Assembly: GCF_004010195.1 (NCBI RefSeq)
Contig: NW_025214806.1
Span: forward strand, 1-51,464
Length of the DNA: 51,464 bases
Reading direction: 5' to 3'
From: Chiloscyllium plagiosum
Lineage: Eukaryota
Below are positions 1 to 10,500 of this stretch, piece by piece. A program made the position numbers and the translations under genes. The notes beneath the pieces were generated by a model. The model did no database searches and was not told where the DNA came from. It was given only the letters and a program-made list of their open reading frames with translations. The number at the start of each line of letters is the position of its first letter. The first letter of the stretch is position 1.

Positions 1-51
1 TGAATCAGAGGTGAAACTTCACCTGATTTCTTTTCTCTCTGTGTTTTGCAG

Positions 52-117
52 TTAAATTATTTGAAGTTATAGAAACTGAAAAAACACTGTATTTAGTAAT
101 GGAGTACGCCAGTGGAG
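52..117 (+). CDS. MARK: Internal coding exon of a MARK/PAR-1 family Ser/Thr kinase (kinase domain)
   Basis: Polypyrimidine tract plus ttgcag acceptor ending at 51; 66-nt exon translating (V)[21 protein letters not shown](G); GTGAGT donor at 118. Peptide and phase-1 exon boundaries match MARK kinases. LVMEYASGG fits MARK1/MARK2 best, but the paralog cannot be fixed from one exon. Confidence 0.93.
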
Positions 118-240
118 GTGAGTATTGCAGCGGTTTGTGTGTCTGAGAGAATGATGTGTTAGTCACTAGTCCAGAATCTGCTCCAAGCTGGGTAATCCAA
201 ATGGAGGACAGGAAAAATTTCAGGCTGTAAGAGCTGCTCC

Positions 241-1431
241 TTTTTTTTGAGGTATTTTAGGTGTTGGAGGTGATTGCCTCGAATTCCAGGAGCAGCAATT
301 ACTGTTTTATATGCTGTTGCATTGTTTTGGAACTTTGGAGAAAAAAGTCAAAACAACAGCCGTTTAAAAGGGAGAAGAGCAGACAAAGGAAGCACATGGT
401 GAGGTCAGTGCAGGGGGGAGAGAGAGAGAGAGAGAACCTGCACAGTTACCGCCTTTGCTGTTTGAATTCCTGTATCGCTGGACATCGGAGTGCATCTGGG
501 AAAATTAACAAACAGTGAAATTCACAACTAATCTTGGAGGAACTGTTGGGTGAAGTTCACAGCACAGAATCAGATAAATTAATTGTTGTTTTAAGTCTGT
601 CCAAGAGAGAGGCTGCAGTAGTGAGTACAGTGGATTCTTTCTTGATTATATGTTTCTGGAGATGAGTCTCTTTATTAAACTTAAAATATAAGTCATAGCT
701 ATTAATTTAACCTGGAGCAGTGTTTGTAGAGGAATAAGACGGTGTTATTTTCTGGGTCTTTAGATTGTGAAGGAGCAAAAATGGCCTTTGCAGTGATATG
801 TACTTCTTGTCAGATGTGGGAGTTTAAGGGTTACTGCAGATTATATCTGCCATAACTGCTCTTGGATGCGAATCTTATCAGATCGAGTGGATCGGTTGGA
901 GAGACAGATAGAAGTGATGAGGAATTTGCAACAGTATGTGATGGATGACAGTTGTAGGAAGGGGGAAAGTTTCAGATACAATCATATAGATGGGTTAACT
1001 CCAGGAAGGGTAAGAGAGATAGGCAGCTAGTGCAGAAGTCTTTTGTGGATATACCCATTTCAAACAGGTATGCTGTTTTGGAAAATGTAGGGAGTGATGG
1101 ATTCTCAAGGGAATGTAGCACGAACAGCCAAGTTTCTGGTATTGAGACTGGCTCTAATGCAACGGGGGGGTACGTCGCCTTCCAAGAGATCAATTGTGTT
1201 AGGGGATTCTGTAGTCAGAGGTACAGACAGACGTTTCTGTGGCCAGCAGGGAAAAAGCAGAATGGTGTGTTGTTTCCCTGGTGCCAGGCTCAAGGATGTC
1301 TCAGACAGGGTGCAGAATGTTCTCACGGGGGAGAGGGGCCAGCAGGAGGTCATTGTCCATGTTGGAACCAACGACATAGGAAGGGAAGAGTTTGAAATTC
1401 TGAAGGGAGATTAGAGAGAGTTAGGCAGAAA
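241..1431 (+). mobile_element. CR1-clade LINE, 5' UTR plus decayed ORF1 (zinc-finger/coiled-coil and SGNH esterase), truncated at its 3' side
   Basis: ATG at 781 gives MAFAVICTSCQMWE; after a frameshift DYICHNCSW..LSDRVDRLERQIE (two CxxC plus heptads); then SIVLGDSVVRG..CCFPGA..VHVGTND (GDS and GTND esterase motifs typical of CR1 ORF1). Frameshifts and a premature TAG at 1412. The 5' start is approximate. Confidence 0.85.
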
Positions 1432-1439
1432 TCCCCGTC

Positions 1440-1560
1440 CCTCTCTCTCTCTCTGTGTCTCTGTCTCTCATTCTCTTTCTCCCTCTCTGTTTCCCTCTCC
1501 CTGTCCCTCTCTTTCTGTCTGTCCCTCTCTTTCTGTCTGTCCCTCTCTCTCTCTCACACA

Positions 1561-1602
<42 letters not shown>
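1440..1602. repeat. (CT)n/(CA)n compound microsatellite
   Basis: Degenerate CT run followed by a near-pure CA run. Confidence 0.9.
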
Positions 1603-1604
<2 letters not shown>

Positions 1605-2254
1605 GCAGTGAGTGGGTCCCCTCCCTTGCCCAGACCTTGTGGGAGAGGTCACGTTGTTTCTGCAGAGTCTGAATGATCCCCGATCCCCAATCGGGAAGGG
1701 AAACGCACTTAAGCAACGAGCGACGGGGGGAAACGGGAGGGTCACAGGCTGCAGTCAGAGCAGCTCCCAGCCCACGTTCCCCGGAGACCCCGACACACTC
1801 CATCCATCCATCCTTCCTTCCTGGGTTTCACACCCTCGAGCGTGACCGTCTAAAAGGTGCCATCCAAATGCAGTTTGCGGGCGAGCAGAAAAGATACCAA
1901 GGGCCCTTGCCCCTCAAACAGTGCGTACTTTCTCCCCGGGCGGCAGTTAACTGTCAATCCTGTCACTGCATGCCTGGACCCTGTGTAGACCGGGTAAGGA
2001 CGGCAGATTTCCTCTCCTAAGGGACCATCAGATGGGGTTTTGATGCTGGTTGCAGGGTCATGGGGTGAATACAGTGGCGTGGGAGGATTGGGGGGGGGGG
2101 CGGGCATGGGGAGGAACTGGAGAAACTCAGCAGGTCTGGCTGTAGCTGGAGAGAGAGAGGGAGAGAGAAACAGGTATAACCACTGGAATCTATTCCGAGA
2201 GGGAGATAAGGAAAGGTGCACTGGAGAGCGCAGTCAGATCCAGCCATTCTCCTT

Positions 2255-2600
2255 CCAGAATCCCACAGTAGAGGCCATTCAGCCTATCTACTCTGTACTA
2301 GCGTGGCTACAATTAATCTCCACTGGTTCCCCCTTGCCCACACTAGGCCCTTAGCTTGGAATGTTCCGGTACTCCAGAGCATAGCCTAAACAGCTGCGAT
2401 CGGACTGCCCTGCTCTTATTCCCGAGACGTTGAGTGAGAAAGTTCAGTTTGCCGTATCCCTTCCTCACTGCCCTGTGAGCCCGCCCTGCCAGGGAGCTGC
2501 AGGGATACATTCCCCCAGATCCCACTGCTTCCCGGGAGCTTCCCAGCATTCCTGCTCCCAAAGTGTGTGGCCTCACATCTCTCAGGGTTAAACTCCCCAG
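2255..2600 (-). mobile_element. Decayed CR1 3' fragments
   Basis: Reverse strand reads VRKGYGKLNFLTQRLGNKSRAVRSQLFRLC, resembling the CR1 ORF2 C-terminal region; CR1 tail-like gaggccattcagcc at 2271. Confidence 0.5.
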
Positions 2601-2769
2601 TCTGTCTCTATCCCACCCTCCCCACCGTGTTTAAGCTGACACCATTCCCCTCACTGTGGATAGTTCCTGTGTCACCCACAGACTGACTCATCACCGCTCC
2701 CCACCCTCACACACTCACATCTCCATCATTTACTTATCCCCATTGATTGTCCCTGTGACACACCACTGC

Positions 2770-3128
2770 GCTACACACACAGAGACACACACACATACTC
2801 AGGCACAGGTATGCGTACACACACACTCACACACTCAGATACACACACCTTCCCTCCACACACTCAGATACACACACTCTCTCTCTCACACACTCATTTA
2901 CTCTCTCACACAAACACATACATATACTCACACAGACCCTCTCTTACACATGCACGCACACACAAGCAGAGACGCACGCACACAGATACACACATGCAGA
3001 GACACGCACATACAAACAGACACACACACGCGGAGACACGCACATACACACTGACACACACACGCAGAGATACGCACACACAGAGACATGCATTCACATG
3101 CATGCGCGCACACACGCACAGACACAGT

Positions 3129-3163
<35 letters not shown>
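2770..3163. repeat. Degenerate (CA)n-rich low-complexity tract
   Basis: CACACA/CACAGA/CACGCA units ending in a pure CA run; explains the His/Thr and Val/Cys ORFs. Confidence 0.9.
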
Positions 3164-3165
<2 letters not shown>

Positions 3166-3684
3166 GTTGCAAGACGCTAAAGGAGACAGAGAAAGGGAGG
3201 GGCACCGCGACTTACATCTGTCTTCCGAAAGTCCCACGTTCCACCCGTCGCCTCCGCCCAGTCTCCCACAGACCACCTTCAGAGCGGGAAGTGGGAGAGA
3301 GCCCTCATTAGCCGCCCTGCGGAAAATGACAGAGCCGAAGGAAGATTTTAATGAGGTGCAAGGTACAGTGGTTGTGTACGTGGGAGGGGGGAGGAGCTGT
3401 CGGGTGGGGGGGTGGGAGGGAGGGAAGGTTCAGTGAGATACAGAGATGCCTTCCTCAGCAGATTACACCCATCAGAACCCGTTCGCCGCTTTAAAGAAAG
3501 CCACTGGTATGTTGCCCCGCGTGTGGGCCCCACCACGGGCATCTTAAACGGGCAACACAACCCCCTCCCCCCTCCTCCCAAACCTCAACCAGTGCCTTTG
3601 GATAGCACCTTTGGACTTGGCCACCGAAACACAAAGGCAGGTGCCTGACGCCAGCCCCAAAAGCCTGAGGAGTGACTGAGAGCT

Positions 3685-4217
3685 TGATAGAGCCATACAG
3701 CATGGCAACAGACCCTTCAGCCCAACTCGTCCATGCTGACCCTATGTCCCATATTAATCTGGTCCTGTTTGCCAGCACTCAGCCCATATCCCCCCTAAAC
3801 CCTTCCTGTTCCTGTCCCCATCCATCCACCTTTTCAACGCTGTCATTGTCCCAGCCCCCACCACTTCCTCTGGCAGCTCATTCTACACACGTATCACCCT
3901 CTGGGTGAAAACGTTACCCCTCGGCTCCCTTTCCCCTCTCCGAGGGTCTCTAAACTGGAGGGGGCGTCTCTAAACCTTGTCCGTTTACCCTCTCCGTGCC
4001 CCCTCATGATTTTACAAACCTCTCTAAGGCCACCCCTCAGCCTCCGACGCTCCAGGGAAAACAGCCCCAGCCCTGTTCAGCCTCTCTCTGTAGCTCAAAC
4101 CCTCCAACATCCTGGTAAATCTTTTCTGAACCCTTTCAAGTTTCACAACATCCACAACATCTTTCTGATAGGAAGGAGACCACAATTGCACGCAATATTC
4201 CAACAGTGGCCTAACCA
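3685..4217 (-). mobile_element. CR1 LINE 3' fragment
   Basis: Minus ORF VRPLLEYCVQLWSPSYQKDVV..KLERVQKRFTRML (CR1 ORF2 C-terminus); CR1 3' UTR read in reverse at 3685-3800. Confidence 0.9.
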
Positions 4218-4551
4218 TGGACACGGACACACACACAGAGGGATAAATCAGGGAGAGGGGGATATAAACCCTGGGGAATCACACACACACACGCACACAC
4301 ACACGCACACACACAGGCGCACACACAGGCGCACACACACAGACGTGCACAGACACACACACACACAGACACGCACACATCCAGATATGGATAACCCTTG
4401 AAATTATATTACCCACAACTTTGTAGTATGCACAGTAGAGCCATATAAGAAGATAGTACAACCAAGCAACATGCAAATTTAACTGACTCAGCAAAATATT
4501 TTGTTTTGTTCATTCTATTTCACATTATTTCTCTCATCACTCGCTATTGTG

Positions 4552-4826
4552 AGATTAGATTCCCTACAGTGTGGAAACAGGCCCGTCGGCCCAACCAGTC
4601 CACACCAACCCTCCGAAGAGTAACCCACCCAGACCCATTTCCCTCTAACTAACGCACCTAACACTATGGGCAATTTAGCATAGCCAATTCACCTAACCTG
4701 CACAACTTTGGACTGTGGGAGGAAACCCACGCAGACACAGGGAGAATGTGCAAACTCCACACAGACAGACACCCAAGGCTGGAATCGAACCTGGTGCTGT
4801 GAGGCAGCAGTGCTAACCACTGAGCC
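4552..4826 (-). mobile_element. tRNA-derived V-SINE (HE1-like)
   Basis: Reverse complement of the SINE at 27997, with a tRNA-like head at the right end and a CR1-like tail (ctacagtgtggaaacaggccc) at the left. Confidence 0.85.
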
Positions 4827-5163
4827 TGTCAAAAATCTCGACTAGCCATGAACGAGCTTTCTATAGGGAGAAGGGACAGAAAGGAGAAGAGGGATAGAGA
4901 AACAAGAACCAGCCATCCATAGCAAAAAAGAGCGTTTCAGTGTGGAACAGGAAGGGGTTGGGGGGGGGGGGGGGGGATATGTGAGCCGAGCGCTGGCAAA
5001 CGGGATTCGTCCGGAGTGAGGATACCTGGTGGGCGTGGATGGGGGTTGGGCCGAAGGGTCTGTTTCTGTGCTGTCATCGGCTGAATCCGCCTGTGCCAAG
5101 GGTGCGTTTAACGAGATGCTCCCATTCCTGGAACGGCCGGTAATGAACGGGTAAACTATTGCA

Positions 5164-5704
5164 AACTGGCCACCAACAGGTCCAGGCAGCGGGCCATGAA
5201 GGGGGTCGTTAGGGCCGACTGCCTGTCCCTCTTCCGCGGTTACGTTAGGGCCTGGGTGTCCTTGGAGAAGGAGCACGCGGTGGTCCACCAACACCCTGGA
5301 GTTGTTCAGTGAGAGGTGGGCGCCGTAGGGAGTGGAGTGCATTATCTCCCCCTCCAACTCTATGTTGATTTAGTCCCTCCCCTCCCCTTCACTGTTTTGA
5401 TCACACAGCACTGCCCTTTGATGTGAAGGGCAGTGATAGTCACTCGGGTGTTTTCCTGTCTTCCTGGCGGTGGAAGTCCCTCCCCTCCCCTTCACTGTTT
5501 TGATCACACAGCACTGCCCTTTGATGTGAAGGGCAGTGATAGTCACTCGGGTGTTTTCCTGGCGGTGGAATTTGAATAAAGATTCGTGCGCTTTGTGTCT
5601 CACACCTGCACACACACACACCATGGGTGCTGGGGAGAAAAGTAAGCACTACCGCACTGAGGCGGCAGTGTGGGGGTTAAATATAAAATACAAAAAAAAA
5701 AGAA
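5164..5704 (+). mobile_element. 5'-truncated Tx1/L1-clade non-LTR retrotransposon 3' end with 12-bp TSD
   Basis: Decayed ORF end AKLATNRSRQRAMKGVVRADCLSLFRGYVRAWVSLEKEHA..FSERWAP*GVECIISPSNSMLI*, then a 3' UTR with AATAAA (5575) and an A-rich tail. TAAACTATTGCA occurs at both 5152-5163 and 5705-5716. Clade is from recalled similarity to Tx1-type ORF2 C-termini. Confidence 0.7.
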
Positions 5705-6335
5705 TAAACTATTGCATTGAGTATTTCAATCGCGTTAAAAGTTCTGCAAGTTTAATTTGTTGGTTTCATTCTAAATTCTGTATTGTCAGGATAATGAGCC
5801 CTCTGCGTTAAGCCCTCATCTGGATGACCACCCCTTCACTTGCTTTGAGAGAATTTAAGTTCAGGTCAAGGCGAACGTTTCTGTGATATATTTCGAGGGG
5901 GTGTGGGCGGGGTGGGGGTTCTGTCTGGTCTATAACACCGGGCACAATTCAAAAGGGTGAGCATGAGGAGAGGGAGCTGGCGGACAGGAAAGTTGCAAGC
6001 ACTCAGACAGGTAGACGGAGCAGTGACTTTATTCCCAGGGACTGGTTCCTCCTTCCAACCAGTTGCAGATATCTCCATCAGCAGGAGGTCGGGAATGGAT
6101 TTACCCAGGGGAGGGGGGGGGGGGGATGCGGTCAAACCACTACAGGCTGGGCCCCAGTGCAAATCAGTCCTAACTCTTGCTGGAAATGGTTCCAATCACC
6201 TTGCAGACTCAACACACAGCCGCCCGAATCCTCTTCAGCCCCATACAGCTGACAGTACTTTCCAAGTCACTTGGAGATTTGCACAGAGACCCTCTCTCTC
6301 TCTGGGACGGCAACGGTGTGTTTGCCTGGTCTCTC

Positions 6336-6461
6336 TGTCTCTCTAACAGAGACGGATAGTGATACTGACCCTCTCTCTCTCTCTCTAACACAGACGGATA
6401 GTGATACTGACCCTCTCTCTCTCTCTCTCTCTCTCTCTAACAGAGACAGATAGTGATACTG

Positions 6462-6495
<34 letters not shown>

Positions 6496-7290
6496 ACACA
6501 GACGGATAGTGATACTGACCCTCTCTCTCTCTCTCTCTAACACAGACGGATAGTGATACTGACCCTCTCTCTCTCTCTCTAACAGAGACGGATAGTGATA
6601 CTGACCATCTCTCTCTCTCTCTCTAACAGAGACGGATAGTGATACTGACCCTCTCTCTCTCTCTCTCTAACAGAGACGGATAGTGATACTGACCCTCTCT
6701 CTCTCTCTAACAGAGACGGAGAGTGATACTGACCCTTTCTCTCTCTCTCTAACAGAGACGGATAGTGATACTGACCCTCTCTCTCTCTGTCTCTCTCTCT
6801 CTAACAGAGACGGATAGTGATACTGACCCTCTCTCTCTCTCTCTCTCTAACAGAGATGGGATACTGATCCTCTCTCTCTCTCTCTCTCTAACAGAGACGG
6901 ATAGTGATACTGACCCTCTCTCTCTCTGTCTAAGAGACGGATAGTGATACTGACCCTCTCTCTCTCTCTCTCTCGAACAGAGACAGATAGTGAGACTGAC
7001 CCTCTCTCTCTCTCTAACAGAGACGGAGAGTGCTAGTGACTCTCTCTCTCTCTGTCTCTCTCTCTCTCTGTCTCTCTCTCTAACAGAGACGGATAGTAAT
7101 ATTGACCCTCTCTCTCTCTCTCTAACAGAGACGGATAGTGACACTGACCCTCTCTCTCTCTCTCTCTCTCTCTAACAGAGACGGATAGTGATACTGACCC
7201 GCTCTCTCTCTCTAACAGAGACGGATAGTGATACTGACTCTCTCTCTCTTTCTCTCTGTCTCTCTCTCTAACAGAAACGGATAGTGATAG
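6336..7290. repeat. Compound minisatellite: ~21 copies of TAACAGAGACGGATAGTGATACTGACC separated by variable (CT)n
   Basis: The conserved ~27-nt core recurs about every 40-65 nt, with a different CT-run length each time. Confidence 0.95.
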
Positions 7291-7507
7291 TGACTCTCTC
7301 TCTGTCTCTCTCTCAGTCTCTCTCTATCTGTCTCTCTGTCCCTCTCTCTCTCTCTGTCTGTCTCTCTCGTTCTCTTTCTCTGTCTCTCTCTCTCTCTGTC
7401 TCTCTCTCTCTGTCTCTCTCGTTCTCTCTGTGTCTCTCTCTGTCTCTCTCTCTCTGTCTCACTCTCTCTCTGTCTCACTCTCTCTCTGTCTCACTCTCTC
7501 TCTGTCT
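7291..7507. repeat. (CT)n/(CTGT) microsatellite
   Basis: Continuous pyrimidine-rich dinucleotide repeat. Confidence 0.9.
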
Positions 7508-10500
7508 CACCTGTCGCCACCAGGCCCCACCTGTCGCCACTAGTCATCTGCTGTCGCCACCGGGCCCCGTCCGTCGCCACCAGTCACCTCCTGTCGCCAC
7601 CAAGCACCATCTGCCGCCACCAGGACCCGTCTGTCGCCACCAGTCACCGCCTGTCGCCACCCAGTGCCATCTGTCGCCACCAGGCCCCGTCTGTCGCCAC
7701 CAGGCCCCGTCTGTCGCCATCAGGCCCCGTCTGGCCACCAAACGCCATCTGCCACCACCAGGCCCCATCTGTCACCACCAGGCACCTTCTGTCGCCACCA
7801 GGCCCCGTCTATCGCCACCAGTCATCTCCTGTCGCCACCAAGTGCTATCTGCCACCAGCAGGCCCCGTCCGTCGCCACCGGTCCCCACCTGTCGCCACCG
7901 GTCTCGATCTGTCGCCACCAGGACCCATCTGTCTCCACCAGTTGCCTTCTGCCGCCACCAGGCCCTGTCTGTCGCCACCAGGCCCCTTCCGCCGCCACCA
8001 GCCCCCCATCAGTCCCTAACTGTCTCCACCGTGCCCCATCTGTCGCTACCAGGCCCCATCTGTCGCCACCGGGCCCCATCAGTCCCCAACAATCACCACC
8101 GGTGCCCATCTGTCGCCACCGGGCCCCATCAGTCCCCAACTATCACCACCGGTGCCCATCTGTCACCACCGGGCCCTATCTGTCGCCACCAGGCCCAACC
8201 AGGCCCCATCTGTCACCACCAGGACCCATCTGTCGCTACCAGGCCCCACCTGTCTCCACCGGGTCCCACCAGGCCCCACCTGTCACCATCAGGCCCAACC
8301 TGTCTCCACCAGCCCCCACCTGTCGCCACTGTCTCCACCGGTCCCCATCTGTCGCCACCAGGCCCCATCAGTCCCCATCTGTCTCCACCGGTACCCATCT
8401 GTCTCCACCGGGCCCCATTTGTCGCCACCAGGCCCCATCAGTTCCTAACTATCACCACCGCGCCCCATCTGTCGCCACCAGGCCCAACCAGGCCCCATCT
8501 GTCACCACCAGGACCCATCTGTCGCTACCAGGCCCAACCTGTCTCCACCAGTCCCCACCTGTCCCCATCTGTCTCCACCGGTCCCCATCTGTCTCCACCG
8601 GTCCCCACACCGGTCCCCATCTGTCTCCACCGGTCCCCATCTGTCTCCACCGGTCCCCATCTGTCTCCACCGGGCGCCCCCATCTGTCGCCACCCGTCCC
8701 CATCTGTCATCACCAGCCCCCAACTGTCGCCACCGCGCCCCATCTGTCGCCACCAGGCCCCATCTGTCGCCACCAGGCCCAACCACGCCCCATCTGTCAC
8801 CACCAGGCCCCATCTGTCACCACCGGTCCACATCGGTCGCCACCAGGCCCCATCTGTCACGACCAGGCCAACCAGGCCCTATCTGTCGCCACCGGACCCC
8901 AGCTGTCGCCACCAGTCCCCATCAGTCCCCAACTATCACCTCCGGTCCCCACCTGTCGTCACCGGTCCCCACCTGTCGTCACCGGGCCCCATTTTTCGCC
9001 ACTAGGCCCCACTTGTCGCCACCACGACCCACCTGTCTCCACCGGTCCCCACCGGTCCCCAACTGTCGCTACCGGTCTCCATTTTTCGCCACCATGCCCC
9101 ACCTGTCTCCACCGGGCCCCATCCGTCGCCACCAGGCCCCATCAGTCGCCACCGGGCCAAACCAGGACCCACCTGTCTCCACCAGGACCCATCTGTCGCC
9201 ACCGGTCCCCATCTGTCACCACCGGTCCCCATCAGTCGCCACAGGTCACCATTTGTCGCCACCATGCCCGACCTGTCTCCACCGGGCCCCATCCGTTGCC
9301 ACCAGGCCCCATCAGTCGCTACCAGGACCCACCTGTCGCCACCAGAACCCACCTGTCACCACCTGTCTCCACCAGACCCCAACTATCGCCACCGGTCCCC
9401 ATCCATCGCCACCGGTCCCCATCTGTTGCCAGCAGGCCCATCTGTCCCCACCAGTCCGTAGCGGGCGCCATCTGTCGCCACCAGGCCCCACCTGTCTCCA
9501 TCAGTCGTCTCCTGTCGCCACCAGGCCCCGTCCGTCGCCACCAGGCCCCGTCCGTCGGCACCGGTCCCCGTCCGTCGGCACCGGTCCCCATCAGTCGTCA
9601 TCGGGTCCCCATCTGTCTCCACCGGGCCCCATCCGTCGCCACCGGGCCCCATCTGTCTCCACCAGTCCCCACCGGGCACCATCTGTCGCCACCAGGCCCC
9701 ATCTGTCACGACCAAGTCCAACCAGGCCCCATCTGTCGCCACCAGGCCCCACCTGTCTCCAACAGTCGTCACCTGTCGCCACCAGGCCCCGTCTGTCCCC
9801 ACCAGGCCCTGTACGTCGCCACCAGGCCCCATCCGTCGGCTCCGATCCCCATCAGTCGCCAACAGGCCCCATCAGTCGCCATCGGGTCCCCATCTGTCGC
9901 CACCGGGCCCCATCTATTGCCACCGGGCCTCATCTGTCGCCACCAGGTCCAACCACGTCCCACCGGTCGCCACCAGGACCCACCTGTCGCCACCAGTCCC
10001 CACCAATCGCAACCAGGCCCCACCTGTCTCCACCGGACCCCATCCGTCGCCGCCGACCCTATCCGTCGCCACCAGGCCCCCACTGTTGCCAGCAGTCCCC
10101 ATCTATGTCCACCAGTTCCCACCGGTCCCCATCTATAGCCACCAGGCCCCATCTGTCACGACCAGGCCCAACCTGGCCCCATCTGTCACCACCAGGACCC
10201 ATCTGTCGCTACCAGGCCCCACCTGTCTCCACCGGGTCCCACCAGGCCCCACCTGTCGCCATCAGGCCCAACCTGTCTCCACCAGTCCCCACCTGTCGCC
10301 ATTGTCTCCACCGGTACCCATCTGTCTCCACCGGGCCCCATTTGTCGCCACCAGGCCCCATCAGTTCCTAACTATCACCACCGCGCCCTATCTGTCGCCA
10401 CCAGGCCCAACCAGGCCCCATCTGTCACCACCAGGACCCATCTGTCGCTACCAGGCCCCACCTGTCTCCATCGGGTCCCACCAGGCCCCACCTGTCGCCA

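Noticed and set aside
1094..1414. Host GDSL/SGNH esterase gene
   Set aside because: It is the esterase domain of a frameshifted CR1 ORF1, preceded by the CR1 zinc-finger/coiled-coil region.
2656..3311. His/Thr-rich and Cys/Val-rich ORFs
   Set aside because: These are translations of CA/TG microsatellite.
6336..7290. CRISPR-like repeat-spacer array
   Set aside because: The spacers are (CT)n runs rather than unique sequences, there are no cas genes, and the context is vertebrate.
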